From positions 1,120,001-1,184,000 of the forward strand of contig CAWFFH010000003.1 of assembly GCA_963815095.1 (NCBI GenBank): a stretch of DNA of 64,000 nt, given 5' to 3'. The notes below the pieces were generated by a model. It did no database searches. It was not told the origin of the DNA and saw only the letters and a list, made by a program, of their open reading frames with translations. Shown here piece after piece: positions 10,302-19,952 of the stretch. The translations under genes and the position numbers were made by a program. Source of the DNA: Candidatus Bathyarchaeota archaeon. GTDB lineage: Archaea; Thermoproteota; Bathyarchaeia; Bathyarchaeales; Bathycorpusculaceae. Position 1 is the first letter of the stretch. The number at the start of each line of letters is the position of its first letter.

Positions 10302-12965
10302 TTGAGCATTCTAAAAAATCGAAAAATAGCTATCGTGACTATAACTGTACTAATATTAGCAATGAGCACGTCTATGATGCTGATTCCGCAGACTAAAGCG
10401 CACACGCCGGCATGGCACTGGGTTTCATACCCCTACATAGTTGCTTCGCCGAACCCTGTCGGTGTCGGCCAGACAGTAGCTGTCGTCTTCTGGATTGATG
10501 ATCCATTGCCAGGAGCAACAGTTTCAAACGACATACGACGCCACGACTATACCTTAACGATCACTGATCCTGATGGACAAGTACAAACTCAAAATTGGCC
10601 CGTTCTCAGCGACTCAACTGGCATGCAGTACTATCAATATACACCTGAAAAAGTAGGCAACTACACAATCAAATTCAACTATCCAGACCAAATCTACACG
10701 TGGCCTTCCTCTGCATCAATGAACTACACTGGCGACGTTTGGCTTGGCGCAAGCAAAACTATCACGTTGGAAGTGCAACAAGAACCGATTGCGGCAGCAA
10801 GAGACAGCTATCCAATGCCAACTGAATACTGGACACGACCCATCGAAGGCGAAAACACCTACTGGTACTCTATCGCGTCGAACTGGCTAGGCACACCATA
10901 CGTTATCGGTGCAGGTGCAGGCTACGGGATTCCAGGTGCAGTTCAACCTGACGGCTCAGCACCCAACAGTGCACACGTAATGTGGACTAAGCCAATTCAG
11001 TGGGGTGGAGTAGTCGGAGGAAACAACACAGCGTACCCAGGCGAAATGTACTACGGCGGCTTATCCTACAATACACGCTTCGGCAACCCAATCATCATGC
11101 AAGGCATTCTCTACTACCAAGAACCATGGGGTAACGCAGGCGGAAGCGGCGGCTTATTCGGCACAGGCGGAGACTACGTTGCAGTAGACATACAAACCGG
11201 ACAAGAAGTCTGGCGCATAAACCCCGCGGCAACAGGCACAATGCTCGTACCATCCTTCGGCTACCTATATTCATATGAAGACCCCAACCAACATGGAGTA
11301 CTTCCAAACGGCATTCTAATCGCATCCTACCGACTTACTGGATACAACACATGTTGGGCAGCATATGACGCAAGAACCGGCAAACTTCTAACCATGAACT
11401 TCACTAACATACCCACAGGTGTTGCAGCTAAAGGACCATCAGGCGAATACCTAATATACACTCTGACAAACTATGGCACAACATCGTCACCAAACTGGTA
11501 TCTGGCACAATGGAATTCCTCTAGGGTCTTCGGCGGACAAGCAGGCGGAATGATGGGCGCTGGCAACTGGTTCACTATGACTGGATTTGCATGGGCTAAT
11601 GCGACAACCGCTTACGATTGGAACGTATCCATGCCAAACCTTAAAGGAACCTGGAGCGTCGGTGTAGCCAGCTTAGGATCCATTCCTCTGGTTAACCCAG
11701 GCGACAAACTACTGTTGGTCCAAGGAACCTTCGGCGGACACCCAATGGACTACTACGCAACAATATCATTGGATAACGCAAACATCACAGCTGTAAACCT
11801 CAAGACAGGCATGGTCGGTCAAACACTCTGGACAAACACGTATACACCAGCACCAGGCAACAATACACGACTCATCACTGATTGGGATCCAGTTAACGGG
11901 GTCTTCGTGTTCTGCGACAAAGAAGACATGGTTCACTATGGTTGCAGTCTAGCAGACGGCAACAAATTATGGGGACCAACCGTTCTCACCAATGACTTCA
12001 CCACAGACTACAATTACATGGCTATCGGCTTGGAAAGAATAGCTTATGGCAAACTTTTCTTCACAGGCTACAGCGGCATCCTATACGCATATGACGACAA
12101 AACTGGCGACCTACTGTGGACTTATGGCAATGGCGACGCAGGCAACAGCACACTCAGCGGATTTGAAACACCATACGGACGTTACCCAACATTCATCAGC
12201 GTCATCGCAGACGGAAAAGTCTACTTAGACACAACAGAACACTCACCCAACTCTCCACTCTACAAAGACGCACAATTCCGCTGTATCAACGCCACTGACG
12301 GAACTGAACTCTTCAAGGTACTAGACTACGGAAACCAAATGTACGGCGGCCAAGCAGCAGTTGCAGACGGCTACCTAACAACGCTCAACTCCTATGACGC
12401 GCAAATCTACTGCTACGGCAAAGGCCCGAGCGCTTTAACTGTTACAGCGCCAGACTTAGCAGCAGCAGCAGGACAAGCAGTAGTCATACGGGGCACAGTC
12501 ACCGATGTCGCAGCAGGAACACAGCAAACTGAACAAAAAGGGCGTTTCCCCACAGGTGTACCCGCAGTCTCTGACGCAAGCCAAAGCGCGTGGATGGAAT
12601 ACGTCTACATGCAGAAGCCCCGTCCAACCGACGTAACAGGTGTACCCGTCTCAATCGACGTGATGGATTCTAATGGCAACTTCCGCAACATCGGAACAGT
12701 AACAAGCGACGCAAACGGCGTATTCAGCTTAACTTGGCAACCAGACATTGACGGTTCATACACAGTAATCGCTTCGTTTGCAGGTTCAGAATCCTACTAT
12801 CAATCGCATGCTGAGACATCCTTCGCAGTTTCGGCTGCAACACCAACAGCATCACCGTCCCCAGTGACCAACGCTCCATCAACTGACATGTCCTTTACAG
12901 CTTCAACAATCGCCATAATCATCGCAATCGCGATAGCAACAATTATCATCATCAAGAGAAAATAA
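10302..12965 (+). CDS. Secreted, C-terminally membrane-anchored PQQ-binding-like beta-propeller surface protein (paralogue 1)
   Basis: Signal peptide, Ig-like N and C regions, repeated D..TG...W blades, Pro/Thr linker, TM anchor then KRK; paralogous to 59025..61643. Confidence 0.8.
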   Translation: MSILKNRKIAIVTITVLILAMSTSMMLIPQTKAHTPAWHWVSYPYIVASPNPVGVGQTVAVVFWIDDPLPGATVSNDIRRHDYTLTITDPDGQVQTQNWPVLSDSTGMQYYQYTPEKVGNYTIKFNYPDQIYTWPSSASMNYTGDVWLGASKTITLEVQQEPIAAARDSYPMPTEYWTRPIEGENTYWYSIASNWLGTPYVIGAGAGYGIPGAVQPDGSAPNSAHVMWTKPIQWGGVVGGNNTAYPGEMYYGGLSYNTRFGNPIIMQGILYYQEPWGNAGGSGGLFGTGGDYVAVDIQTGQEVWRINPAATGTMLVPSFGYLYSYEDPNQHGVLPNGILIASYRLTGYNTCWAAYDARTGKLLTMNFTNIPTGVAAKGPSGEYLIYTLTNYGTTSSPNWYLAQWNSSRVFGGQAGGMMGAGNWFTMTGFAWANATTAYDWNVSMPNLKGTWSVGVASLGSIPLVNPGDKLLLVQGTFGGHPMDYYATISLDNANITAVNLKTGMVGQTLWTNTYTPAPGNNTRLITDWDPVNGVFVFCDKEDMVHYGCSLADGNKLWGPTVLTNDFTTDYNYMAIGLERIAYGKLFFTGYSGILYAYDDKTGDLLWTYGNGDAGNSTLSGFETPYGRYPTFISVIADGKVYLDTTEHSPNSPLYKDAQFRCINATDGTELFKVLDYGNQMYGGQAAVADGYLTTLNSYDAQIYCYGKGPSALTVTAPDLAAAAGQAVVIRGTVTDVAAGTQQTEQKGRFPTGVPAVSDASQSAWMEYVYMQKPRPTDVTGVPVSIDVMDSNGNFRNIGTVTSDANGVFSLTWQPDIDGSYTVIASFAGSESYYQSHAETSFAVSAATPTASPSPVTNAPSTDMSFTASTIAIIIAIAIATIIIIKRK

Positions 12966-13104
12966 AAAAAATCAGCCAAAACAAACCTCTCTTTCTTTTT
13001 TTAATTTTCAAGTTAATCTTTAAATTCCGTTAAATTGTTTATGATGCAATAATATAGTTAATAAATCTCTTCAGAGAGACGCTAATCTGTTAAAGTGGGA
13101 AAAA

Positions 13105-13638
13105 ATGAAGGCTCTTGTACTTTATGGTAGTCGTTGGGGAGGCACAGTTGGTGTAGCTAAAAAAATAGGGATAGTTCTAAAAGAAGAAAGCTACAGCGTT
13201 GATGTTATTGATGCCAAACATAGTCCCAAAAACATAGAATCATACGACCTTGTTATCATTGGAAGTGGCATAAGAGCGGACAAATGGACCAAAGAATCTT
13301 TGGGTTTCATGGAAAAAAACGCAAGTTACTTAAGAACCAAGAAGACGGCTTTATTTGTCAGTTGCCAAATGGCTGACCGCATCGAACCAGAAGTTCGAGA
13401 TAAAGCACAAAAACAATACTTAGAAAAAACGGCTGCACAATACGAATTAAAAACTGTTGCTTACGGTTTTTTTGGAGGGTTCTTAGATTTTAGCCACAGC
13501 CATGGTTTAATTGTAGATATTATGGTTAGAGTTAACAGGAACAGTTTACGCAAAAATGGGTTGGATACTCGTAAAGTGCGAGATACTCGAGATTGGAGTA
13601 TAATAGAGGCTTGGGCGCGAGAGGTAGCTAAAACTTGA
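13105..13638 (+). CDS. Flavodoxin-domain protein (HemG-like)
   Basis: YGSRWGGT FMN loop, YDLVIIGSGI, D.RDWS.IEAWA. Confidence 0.85.
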   Translation: MKALVLYGSRWGGTVGVAKKIGIVLKEESYSVDVIDAKHSPKNIESYDLVIIGSGIRADKWTKESLGFMEKNASYLRTKKTALFVSCQMADRIEPEVRDKAQKQYLEKTAAQYELKTVAYGFFGGFLDFSHSHGLIVDIMVRVNRNSLRKNGLDTRKVRDTRDWSIIEAWAREVAKT

Positions 13639-13798
13639 CCTTAACGAGCAAATCTCGCATTTTAGCCATAATTCTTAGGGTTTTTTTGGAAATTTAAATA
13701 TTTTTTGTTAGTTGCTACTTTCAATTCTCCCTAGTAAATAGAAACCGGTATAAAAGTGACAGACAAGGACATTTTCTAACGTTCTTGCCGAGAAACAG

Positions 13799-13881
13799 GT
13801 TGAGAAGACTCGGGGAGAAAAAATGCATAATAATCTGCATATTTTCTTTTCTCCCAACATCCCCTCCTCTCGAGTCTCAAC
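13799..13881 (+). ncRNA. Candidate small RNA hairpin element A
   Basis: GTTGAGA..ACTCG pairs with CGAGTCTCAAC; inner GGGAGAAAAAATGCA / TGCATATTTTCTTTTCTCCC; TATAAAAG at 13749; T-tract near 13893; shares motif with 35497 and 61705. Confidence 0.45.
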
Positions 13882-14009
13882 AACCCCCAAATGTTTTTCT
13901 TTAAAATTAAAGAACGATTTCGTGACCTATTTAGAGTCTAAATAAGTGAAAATGGTTATTAACAAGAAACATGTACGCTTAGACTTAGAGCGGTTAAGAG
14001 GAAAATATA

Positions 14010-14525
14010 ATGTCTATCGATCTCCTGGCAACACTAGCAATCATGGGAATTGCAGCTGGAATTGCTTTCTTAAACTCTGGCATAAACAGGGTTTTAATCA
14101 ACTACTTCATCGGCTGGGAACAATACCGCGTCATGCAGAAAGAAATGGCTGAATATCGTTCAGAAACAATGGCGGCCATGCGTGCGAACGATAAAAAACA
14201 AGTTGAAAAACTCAAAAAGAAAGATTCACAGATAAAAAATATGCAAGCAAAAATGATGAAACCTCAAATTGTCCAGTTCGGAATATCTTTTGTTTACCTT
14301 ATTGTTTGGTTTTTAGTGTTAACGCCTACTTTTCATAATGCTCCTATGGCTTTGATTCCTGGCATTGGTACAATTGCTAATGCTCAAACAATTACAAATG
14401 GCGTTGCGTTAACAATCCCTAACGCAATTCCAGTGTTCTACTGGTACCCCATCTGCTCTCTTTTCTTTGGCCTACTTTCTTCACGCATAATTGGCATAAT
14501 GCCAATTGAACAAGGACCTATATAG
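14010..14525 (+). CDS. EMC3/TMCO1 (DUF106, Oxa1 superfamily) membrane protein
   Basis: TM - coiled coil - MKP - TM - WY..CS pattern; canonical position before cmk. Confidence 0.85.
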   Translation: MSIDLLATLAIMGIAAGIAFLNSGINRVLINYFIGWEQYRVMQKEMAEYRSETMAAMRANDKKQVEKLKKKDSQIKNMQAKMMKPQIVQFGISFVYLIVWFLVLTPTFHNAPMALIPGIGTIANAQTITNGVALTIPNAIPVFYWYPICSLFFGLLSSRIIGIMPIEQGPI

Positions 14526-14548
14526 TGCTGAAAACAGGTGAACGCCAA

Positions 14549-15160
14549 ATGGCTAAACAACAAGAAAACTGCGTTTCCCCCAAAAAAACTGTAATTTGCA
14601 TATCTGGATTGGCTGGAACCGGAAAAAGTACGCTCTCCAAAAAACTCGCTGAGAAATACCAACTGCGATACTTTTCTGGCGGAGACGTTTTGAAAGAGTT
14701 GGCCCAGCAAGAGGGTTACGATGTGTCTATTCAGGGGTGGTGGGAAAGTCCGGCAGGCTTAAAATTTCTTAGCGAGCGAGCAAACGACCCTAAATTTGAC
14801 AAGGCTGTTGATGATAAGCTTTTAGAGCATGCTCAGCAAGGAAACGTTCTTTTGGACAGTTGGACTATGCCTTGGCTATTAAAGGATGGCTTTAAAATCT
14901 GGCTGGAAGCGTCGTTCGAAAGAAGAGCTGCAAGAGTTGCCGTTAGAGATGGGTTGACTGTTGCTGAAGCTTTTGATGTGTTGAAGGAAAAAGAGGCGCG
15001 GACTAAAGCTATTTACAAAGCGCTGTATGGTTTTGGTTTAGGTGAAGATTTCAAGCCTTTTGACTTCATTTTAGACACTGATAATTTGAGCGCAAATGAA
15101 GTATTCGAGGTCCTGTGCAAAGTAATAGATAACGTGGCTATTTCTTTCGATAGTGTTTAA
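14549..15160 (+). CDS. cmk: Cytidylate kinase (archaeal type)
   Basis: ISGLAGTGKST P-loop, SGG, D.ILDT; SD AGGTGA before ATG 14549. Confidence 0.9.
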   Translation: MAKQQENCVSPKKTVICISGLAGTGKSTLSKKLAEKYQLRYFSGGDVLKELAQQEGYDVSIQGWWESPAGLKFLSERANDPKFDKAVDDKLLEHAQQGNVLLDSWTMPWLLKDGFKIWLEASFERRAARVAVRDGLTVAEAFDVLKEKEARTKAIYKALYGFGLGEDFKPFDFILDTDNLSANEVFEVLCKVIDNVAISFDSV

Positions 15161-15274
15161 TCTTTTGTGAAATAGAACATTCTTCTATAACACAGTTTCA
15201 GCTGATTTAATAACTACAAGCAAGCAAATTAGCCATATGTCGTAAGCATATAACGCGAATGGGCTGGGCTGTAG

Positions 15275-15655
15275 TTGAAGAATTTAAACCGATTAGTAAC
15301 AATTTTCTTAGCAGAAACAATAATTCTAATCCTTATAACGTCCTATCGATTAATCAACAGCAGCCTATGCATCGCCAACCTCTTAATCTTTAATACTTTT
15401 TTTATTACACTATTTTTTCAACTTAACGGCAGTTTCAACCTTAAAATGGGCATATTAGCAGCAGGTAACTTCCTTGGATTACTTTGGAACCTATTTTTCT
15501 ATTACTTCTCTTTAGCAAGTCATAGTATTTTCAATATATCCTTCGATGTTTTCTTTATGATAGTTTATCCCATCTTGAACCTGATGTGGATGGTTCCCTT
15601 TTGGTCGTTGAGCTTGAGTCTTTTACCCAAACTACAACTTTCTAAAACTACTTAA
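15275..15655 (+). CDS. Hypothetical multi-pass membrane protein
   Basis: About 4 hydrophobic segments; 13 nt upstream of GT2. Confidence 0.65.
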   Translation: MKNLNRLVTIFLAETIILILITSYRLINSSLCIANLLIFNTFFITLFFQLNGSFNLKMGILAAGNFLGLLWNLFFYYFSLASHSIFNISFDVFFMIVYPILNLMWMVPFWSLSLSLLPKLQLSKTT

Positions 15656-15668
15656 TGGGGTTTGTGAA

Positions 15669-16946
15669 ATGTTAGTAGAAATAATAAACTTATTTTTCGT
15701 ATTTTCAGCATTAATTATAAGTGCTTATCTTATACGTCACTATTTTTTCACGCTATTCATTCTGCGGAGTCTAAAGAACTTGCCAAAGGAGGAAGTTTCT
15801 AGCCGTGACAATTATGAACCATCGGTTTCAATTCTTATCCCGGCTCATAACGAAGACCAAGTAATTGGCAAACTGCTACAGAAAATGGCTGAACTGTTAT
15901 ATCCGCATAGCAAACTGGAAATTATAATGATAGATGACGCTTCAACTGATAGAACAGGGCAAATCGCAGACGAGATTTCAAAACAATATCCATTCATCAA
16001 AGTGTTGCACAGAACCAGCCAAGAGGGCGGTAAGGGAAAATCTTCGGCTATGAATGCCGGGTTAAAGATAGCAAAAGGCGAAATTGTACTTTGCTTCGAC
16101 GCAGATTATCTCCCACATCCCGATGTAGTTAAGAGACTTGTAAAAAAGTTCGCCGACCCAACCGTCGGTGCCGTTCAGGGCAGACCCGTTGTATTAAATG
16201 AACCACAAAATATCCTAACTCGCATAATCGCTTTAGAACGTATAGGTGGCTACCGAGTCGATCAAGAAGCACGTGATGCTTTAGGTCTTGTGCCGCAATT
16301 TGGTGGTACAGTTGGGGGATTTAGGCGATGCATTGTGGATGAATTTGGTGGTTTTGACGAATCAATGATTACTGAGGACACCGATTTAACTTTCCACATT
16401 TATCTTGCGGGCTATAAAATTCGCTATTGTGGAGACGCAGAATGTTACGAGGAAGCTGTAGACTCTTGGAAGGCTTATTGGCGTCAAAGACACAGATGGG
16501 CAAAAGGACACATGCAAGTTTGTCTTAAACATGAGCTTAAGGTTATTCGAAGCAAGAAAATGAAGTTAAAAGAGAAAATTGATGGCTTGCTTTTATTGAA
16601 CATTTATTTTATGCCGCTTTTGACTATTTTTTCGTTTTTTGCTGGACTTTTGCTCATCTTGACTGGTTCACCAATAATTGAGTACCTTTGGTTAGCGGTG
16701 ATTATATCTTTTTACAGTTTCGTTGGAAATTATGCGCCCTTCTTTGAGATTGGAATAGGTGTGTATTTAGATGACAGAAAACGGGTTCAATGGCTAGCCC
16801 CATTATTGATTTTTTCTTTTATCTATAACATACTTATCTGCGGAAAAGCTTTCTTTGATCTGTTAACAGATAAATTACTACGTCGCAAAAGCAATTGGAA
16901 TAAAACAGAGCATCTAGGAAGGGGAAATCGTTATATTGGGAATTAA
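15669..16946 (+). CDS. Processive GT2 family glycosyltransferase (PgaC/IcaA/cellulose synthase-like)
   Basis: IPAHNE, DDASTD, FDAD, TED, QRHRW (QxxRW); N- and C-terminal TM helices. Confidence 0.9.
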   Translation: MLVEIINLFFVFSALIISAYLIRHYFFTLFILRSLKNLPKEEVSSRDNYEPSVSILIPAHNEDQVIGKLLQKMAELLYPHSKLEIIMIDDASTDRTGQIADEISKQYPFIKVLHRTSQEGGKGKSSAMNAGLKIAKGEIVLCFDADYLPHPDVVKRLVKKFADPTVGAVQGRPVVLNEPQNILTRIIALERIGGYRVDQEARDALGLVPQFGGTVGGFRRCIVDEFGGFDESMITEDTDLTFHIYLAGYKIRYCGDAECYEEAVDSWKAYWRQRHRWAKGHMQVCLKHELKVIRSKKMKLKEKIDGLLLLNIYFMPLLTIFSFFAGLLLILTGSPIIEYLWLAVIISFYSFVGNYAPFFEIGIGVYLDDRKRVQWLAPLLIFSFIYNILICGKAFFDLLTDKLLRRKSNWNKTEHLGRGNRYIGN

Positions 16947-16969
16947 GTGATAATGCTTTTTGATATTGA

Positions 16970-17176
16970 ATGATCTCAAATATAACTCTCTTCATTGTGA
17001 CCTTAATTGGTATGGCTTTGACAATTTTGATAATGTTTCTGCCCACAATTATTGAGTTAAGAAAACCTCGCGATGCTGGACCAAGATTAATAACAGAGTC
17101 CTTTACGTCAGCACAGCCTCTTAATCTTAAAACATCTTCAGACGACAAAGACGAGTTAAAAAAGACAGCTAATTAG
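16970..17176 (+). CDS. Small single-pass membrane protein
   Basis: Hydrophobic N-terminus then ELRKPRDAGPRLI; follows GT2. Confidence 0.55.
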   Translation: MISNITLFIVTLIGMALTILIMFLPTIIELRKPRDAGPRLITESFTSAQPLNLKTSSDDKDELKKTAN

Positions 17177-17189
17177 CTATTTTGAGCTA

Positions 17190-18236
17190 CTAATTTTTTT
17201 TGAAAAGTAACTTTGCATTTTTCCATTGGTCTTTAGCTAGTGATATATTTCCGTATGGGCTTCCGTGAAGCGAATAGAATACGTAGCAGAGATAGTTGCA
17301 TTGAGTGCATTGGTGATAGTTTTTTCTTAATTGTTTGAATTCTGGACTTTTCCATTTTTGAGTTAAATCAAAGATTGACCCTGCAAAGTTGTGGCTGTGG
17401 CATCCTGCAACTCTGCCCAAATGGTCAATGACTAAAAACTGGTTTAGTGCTTGGCATTTCCACGATCTTTTGTTGTCTTCTTCGTAGATGCTTCGAAGTG
17501 TTTCAAGCAATTTATCGGTCATGAGAATTTTTTTGTTTTTCTTTTTCATCTCGATAAGCGAGTTGCAGAGGTTAACCATTGCTTTTTTGTCTGTTATTAC
17601 AAATTCGTCATTTGCTCTTCCCAGCTTAAACAACTGTTTGCTGTCAGCAGATGTATCGTATGAGTAGAGACTATACCAGACTGGAATACCTTTTTCGGTG
17701 AAGTGGTTTGTTAGGTCAACGATTTCATAAAGGTTCTTTTGAGAAATTGTTGGAGTTACACTAACTTTTATGCCTTCATTGTGGAGGGTTTCAACGGCTT
17801 GAGTTGCATTTTTCCAAGCGCCCGGAACTGATTTGATGTAATCGTTTTTTGCTTCATCCAGACTATCAATTGAGATTGCAACGAAATCCACTTTTCTTAA
17901 TGCATCAAGTTTTTTTGCAGCCATACTTCCATTATCATAAACAGTTGTAACAAACAATTTTGATGCATAATTGATTATTTCGCCGATGTCATCTCGAAGT
18001 AGCGGGTCTCCGCCTGAGAGGACAAGCTCAATTACACCAATTTTTTTTAGAATATCTAAGCCTTTCTTTATTTCGTCGGTTGCAAGTTCTCTTTGATCTT
18101 GTTCTTTCCAAACGGTGCATCCACGGCATTGATAGTTGCATTTTCTTGTTACTAGCCATTGTGCATGATGAGGTTTGCCAGAAGCAAGCGAACGCGCCGC
18201 AATTGATGCTGCTTTTTTGAAACCAGACGTCAACAA
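17190..18236 (-). CDS. Radical SAM protein with Twitch/SPASM-like C-terminus
   Basis: CNYQCRGC (CX3CX2C), SGGDPLLR, ISIDS, C-terminal C...GC...CxxCxxxC. Confidence 0.88.
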   Translation of the reverse strand: MLTSGFKKAASIAARSLASGKPHHAQWLVTRKCNYQCRGCTVWKEQDQRELATDEIKKGLDILKKIGVIELVLSGGDPLLRDDIGEIINYASKLFVTTVYDNGSMAAKKLDALRKVDFVAISIDSLDEAKNDYIKSVPGAWKNATQAVETLHNEGIKVSVTPTISQKNLYEIVDLTNHFTEKGIPVWYSLYSYDTSADSKQLFKLGRANDEFVITDKKAMVNLCNSLIEMKKKNKKILMTDKLLETLRSIYEEDNKRSWKCQALNQFLVIDHLGRVAGCHSHNFAGSIFDLTQKWKSPEFKQLRKNYHQCTQCNYLCYVFYSLHGSPYGNISLAKDQWKNAKLLFKKN

Positions 18237-18321
18237 GTATCACTAGCCGATTAATTGTTATTACCTATCTCGGGTAGGAACTATAAAAACCATTATAAAA
18301 CTAAGGTTCTCGTATGTTGTT

Positions 18322-19338
18322 TCATGTGCTTTGACGAGACAGTGCAATCCACAGATGGTCTGAGGTTGGTCTTGGTAATATCTCTGGCGAATCATCCTTG
18401 TGAATGATTATGCGTTTGTTTGGGGTTGGGTTGAATTCGCCGATGACATCAGCGTATATGTGTTCTTGGCCGAGTGAGTCGATAATTTTATTTGTGGCTT
18501 GTGGGTCGGCGGCGATAAGTAGTGCTCCTGAACTGATAAGTTGCAGTGGGTCAATTTCGTAAAACCTGCAGATTTTAGCGGTTTCAGGTTCAATAGTTAT
18601 TTTCTCTTCAAACACGCGTACGCCTAAGCCTGCTGCGTCCGCCATTTCGTGAATACCGTTTAAGATTCCGCCTTCAGTTGGGTCGTGCATGGCATGTACT
18701 CCACCTGCTCTGTAAGCGGTTAAGGCATCTTTTACGATGCTGATTTGTTTGTAGAAACCTTTAGCGCTATCCAACAAGGTGGAGGTGAAAGTTTTTGTGA
18801 GCTGCACTTCCCGGTCAGAAGCTAAGATAGCTGTGCCCTCAATTCCTGCGCTCTTCGTCAAAATTAGTTTGTCGCCTGCTTTGGTGCCAGCGGCAGTAAC
18901 GTATTTGCCTTTTTCGGTTAAACCCATGATGCAGCCCACCACAATCGGGTTCTCTAAGCCGGGTGTGGATTCGCAGTGTCCGCCCACAATAGCAATGCCC
19001 AACTCTTTTGCAGCTTTGTGCATTTGGGTACTGATGGTTTCAACGATTTTGCTGTCCGCGTTCTCTGGAAGCATTATGCATGAGAAGAAAAACGCGGGTT
19101 CCACGCCGAAAGTGGCAACATCGTTGGCGTTTACGTTTATGGCTTCCCATCCGACTCGCTCAACCGCACCAGTTATGGGGTCCATAGAGACTATAGCGTT
19201 CTTATTTCCAAAATCTAAAACGGCTCCGTCCACACCTGCGGCGGGTCCCAAAATAACTTCGCTACGGGCGGTGCCGAGGTTTTTGAAAACTACATCTTTT
19301 AGGATGTCTATGGGAATTTTTCCAGGTGGAAGCTTCAT
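18322..19338 (-). CDS. AIR synthase/PurM-HypE-ThiL fold ATP-binding protein
   Basis: MKLPPGK, SMDPIT, NANDVA, IVGGH, MHDPTEGG. Confidence 0.85.
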   Translation of the reverse strand: MKLPPGKIPIDILKDVVFKNLGTARSEVILGPAAGVDGAVLDFGNKNAIVSMDPITGAVERVGWEAINVNANDVATFGVEPAFFFSCIMLPENADSKIVETISTQMHKAAKELGIAIVGGHCESTPGLENPIVVGCIMGLTEKGKYVTAAGTKAGDKLILTKSAGIEGTAILASDREVQLTKTFTSTLLDSAKGFYKQISIVKDALTAYRAGGVHAMHDPTEGGILNGIHEMADAAGLGVRVFEEKITIEPETAKICRFYEIDPLQLISSGALLIAADPQATNKIIDSLGQEHIYADVIGEFNPTPNKRIIIHKDDSPEILPRPTSDHLWIALSRQST

Positions 19339-19351
19339 GCGTATTCCTCTG

Positions 19352-19879
19352 TTAAAGCTGGCTTTTAAGCTGTGGGAAAATACGCAGTACTGCGTGCATG
19401 ATTGGTACTGCAATTATCAGGCCAATGAGCATTTGAACGATGTTGAAAGGAACTTCTAGAATCGCCACAGTACTTCCTAAGATAAGTGTTTCATAAAGGA
19501 AGTATCCTAAAACCATCTCAAACCCTCCAATAACAATGGATATGGTGGCGCTTAAAGTGATGCTTTTAGTCTTCTGTACTATTTTCTTGTATAGGATGCC
19601 GACGAGTAAACCTTCAATTGCTTTTATAGTGAAGGTTCCGGGGGCATACTGCGGAGCTACAAGTGCATCTGCTATTGTTGCTCCTGCACCTGCTATGGCA
19701 CCTACAAAAGGCCCGAACAGCAATGCAGCTACGTAAATGAGAGTCTCTCCGAGATTGAAGTATCCACTGGTAGCAGGAATAGGAATCACAAACAGTAGTG
19801 TGGCTGCTGCGACTAGTGCTGCAAAGATTGCGGCTACTGCAATTTTGAATGGTGTGGTTGTGTTAAATTTGGATTGCAT
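19352..19879 (-). CDS. ECF transporter S component (HmpT/PdxU-like)
   Basis: AAIFAAL (AxxxA), IPIPATSGYFNLGE, LFGP..G, TFTIKAIEG; about 6 TM. Confidence 0.85.
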   Translation of the reverse strand: MQSKFNTTTPFKIAVAAIFAALVAAATLLFVIPIPATSGYFNLGETLIYVAALLFGPFVGAIAGAGATIADALVAPQYAPGTFTIKAIEGLLVGILYKKIVQKTKSITLSATISIVIGGFEMVLGYFLYETLILGSTVAILEVPFNIVQMLIGLIIAVPIMHAVLRIFPQLKSQL

Positions 19880-19893
19880 GTTTTTCGCCTTAG

Positions 19894-19926
19894 TATAGTT
19901 GTGACTATAGTATAGTTGCAGCTATA
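19894..19926. promoter_or_regulatory. Tandem palindromic operator TATAGT-N4-(A/G)CTATA x2, directly downstream of the minus-strand TATA box (19931-19938)
   Basis: TATAGTTGTGACTATA (19894-19909) and TATAGTTGCAGCTATA (19911-19926). Confidence 0.7.
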
Positions 19927-19952
19927 CCATCTAATAAATATTCCCAAAACAA

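Noticed and set aside
18779-19459. 226-aa + strand ORF and similar antisense ORFs (e.g. 43933-44454, 55700-56161)
   Set aside because: Shadows of clear genes on the opposite strand, with no recognisable motifs
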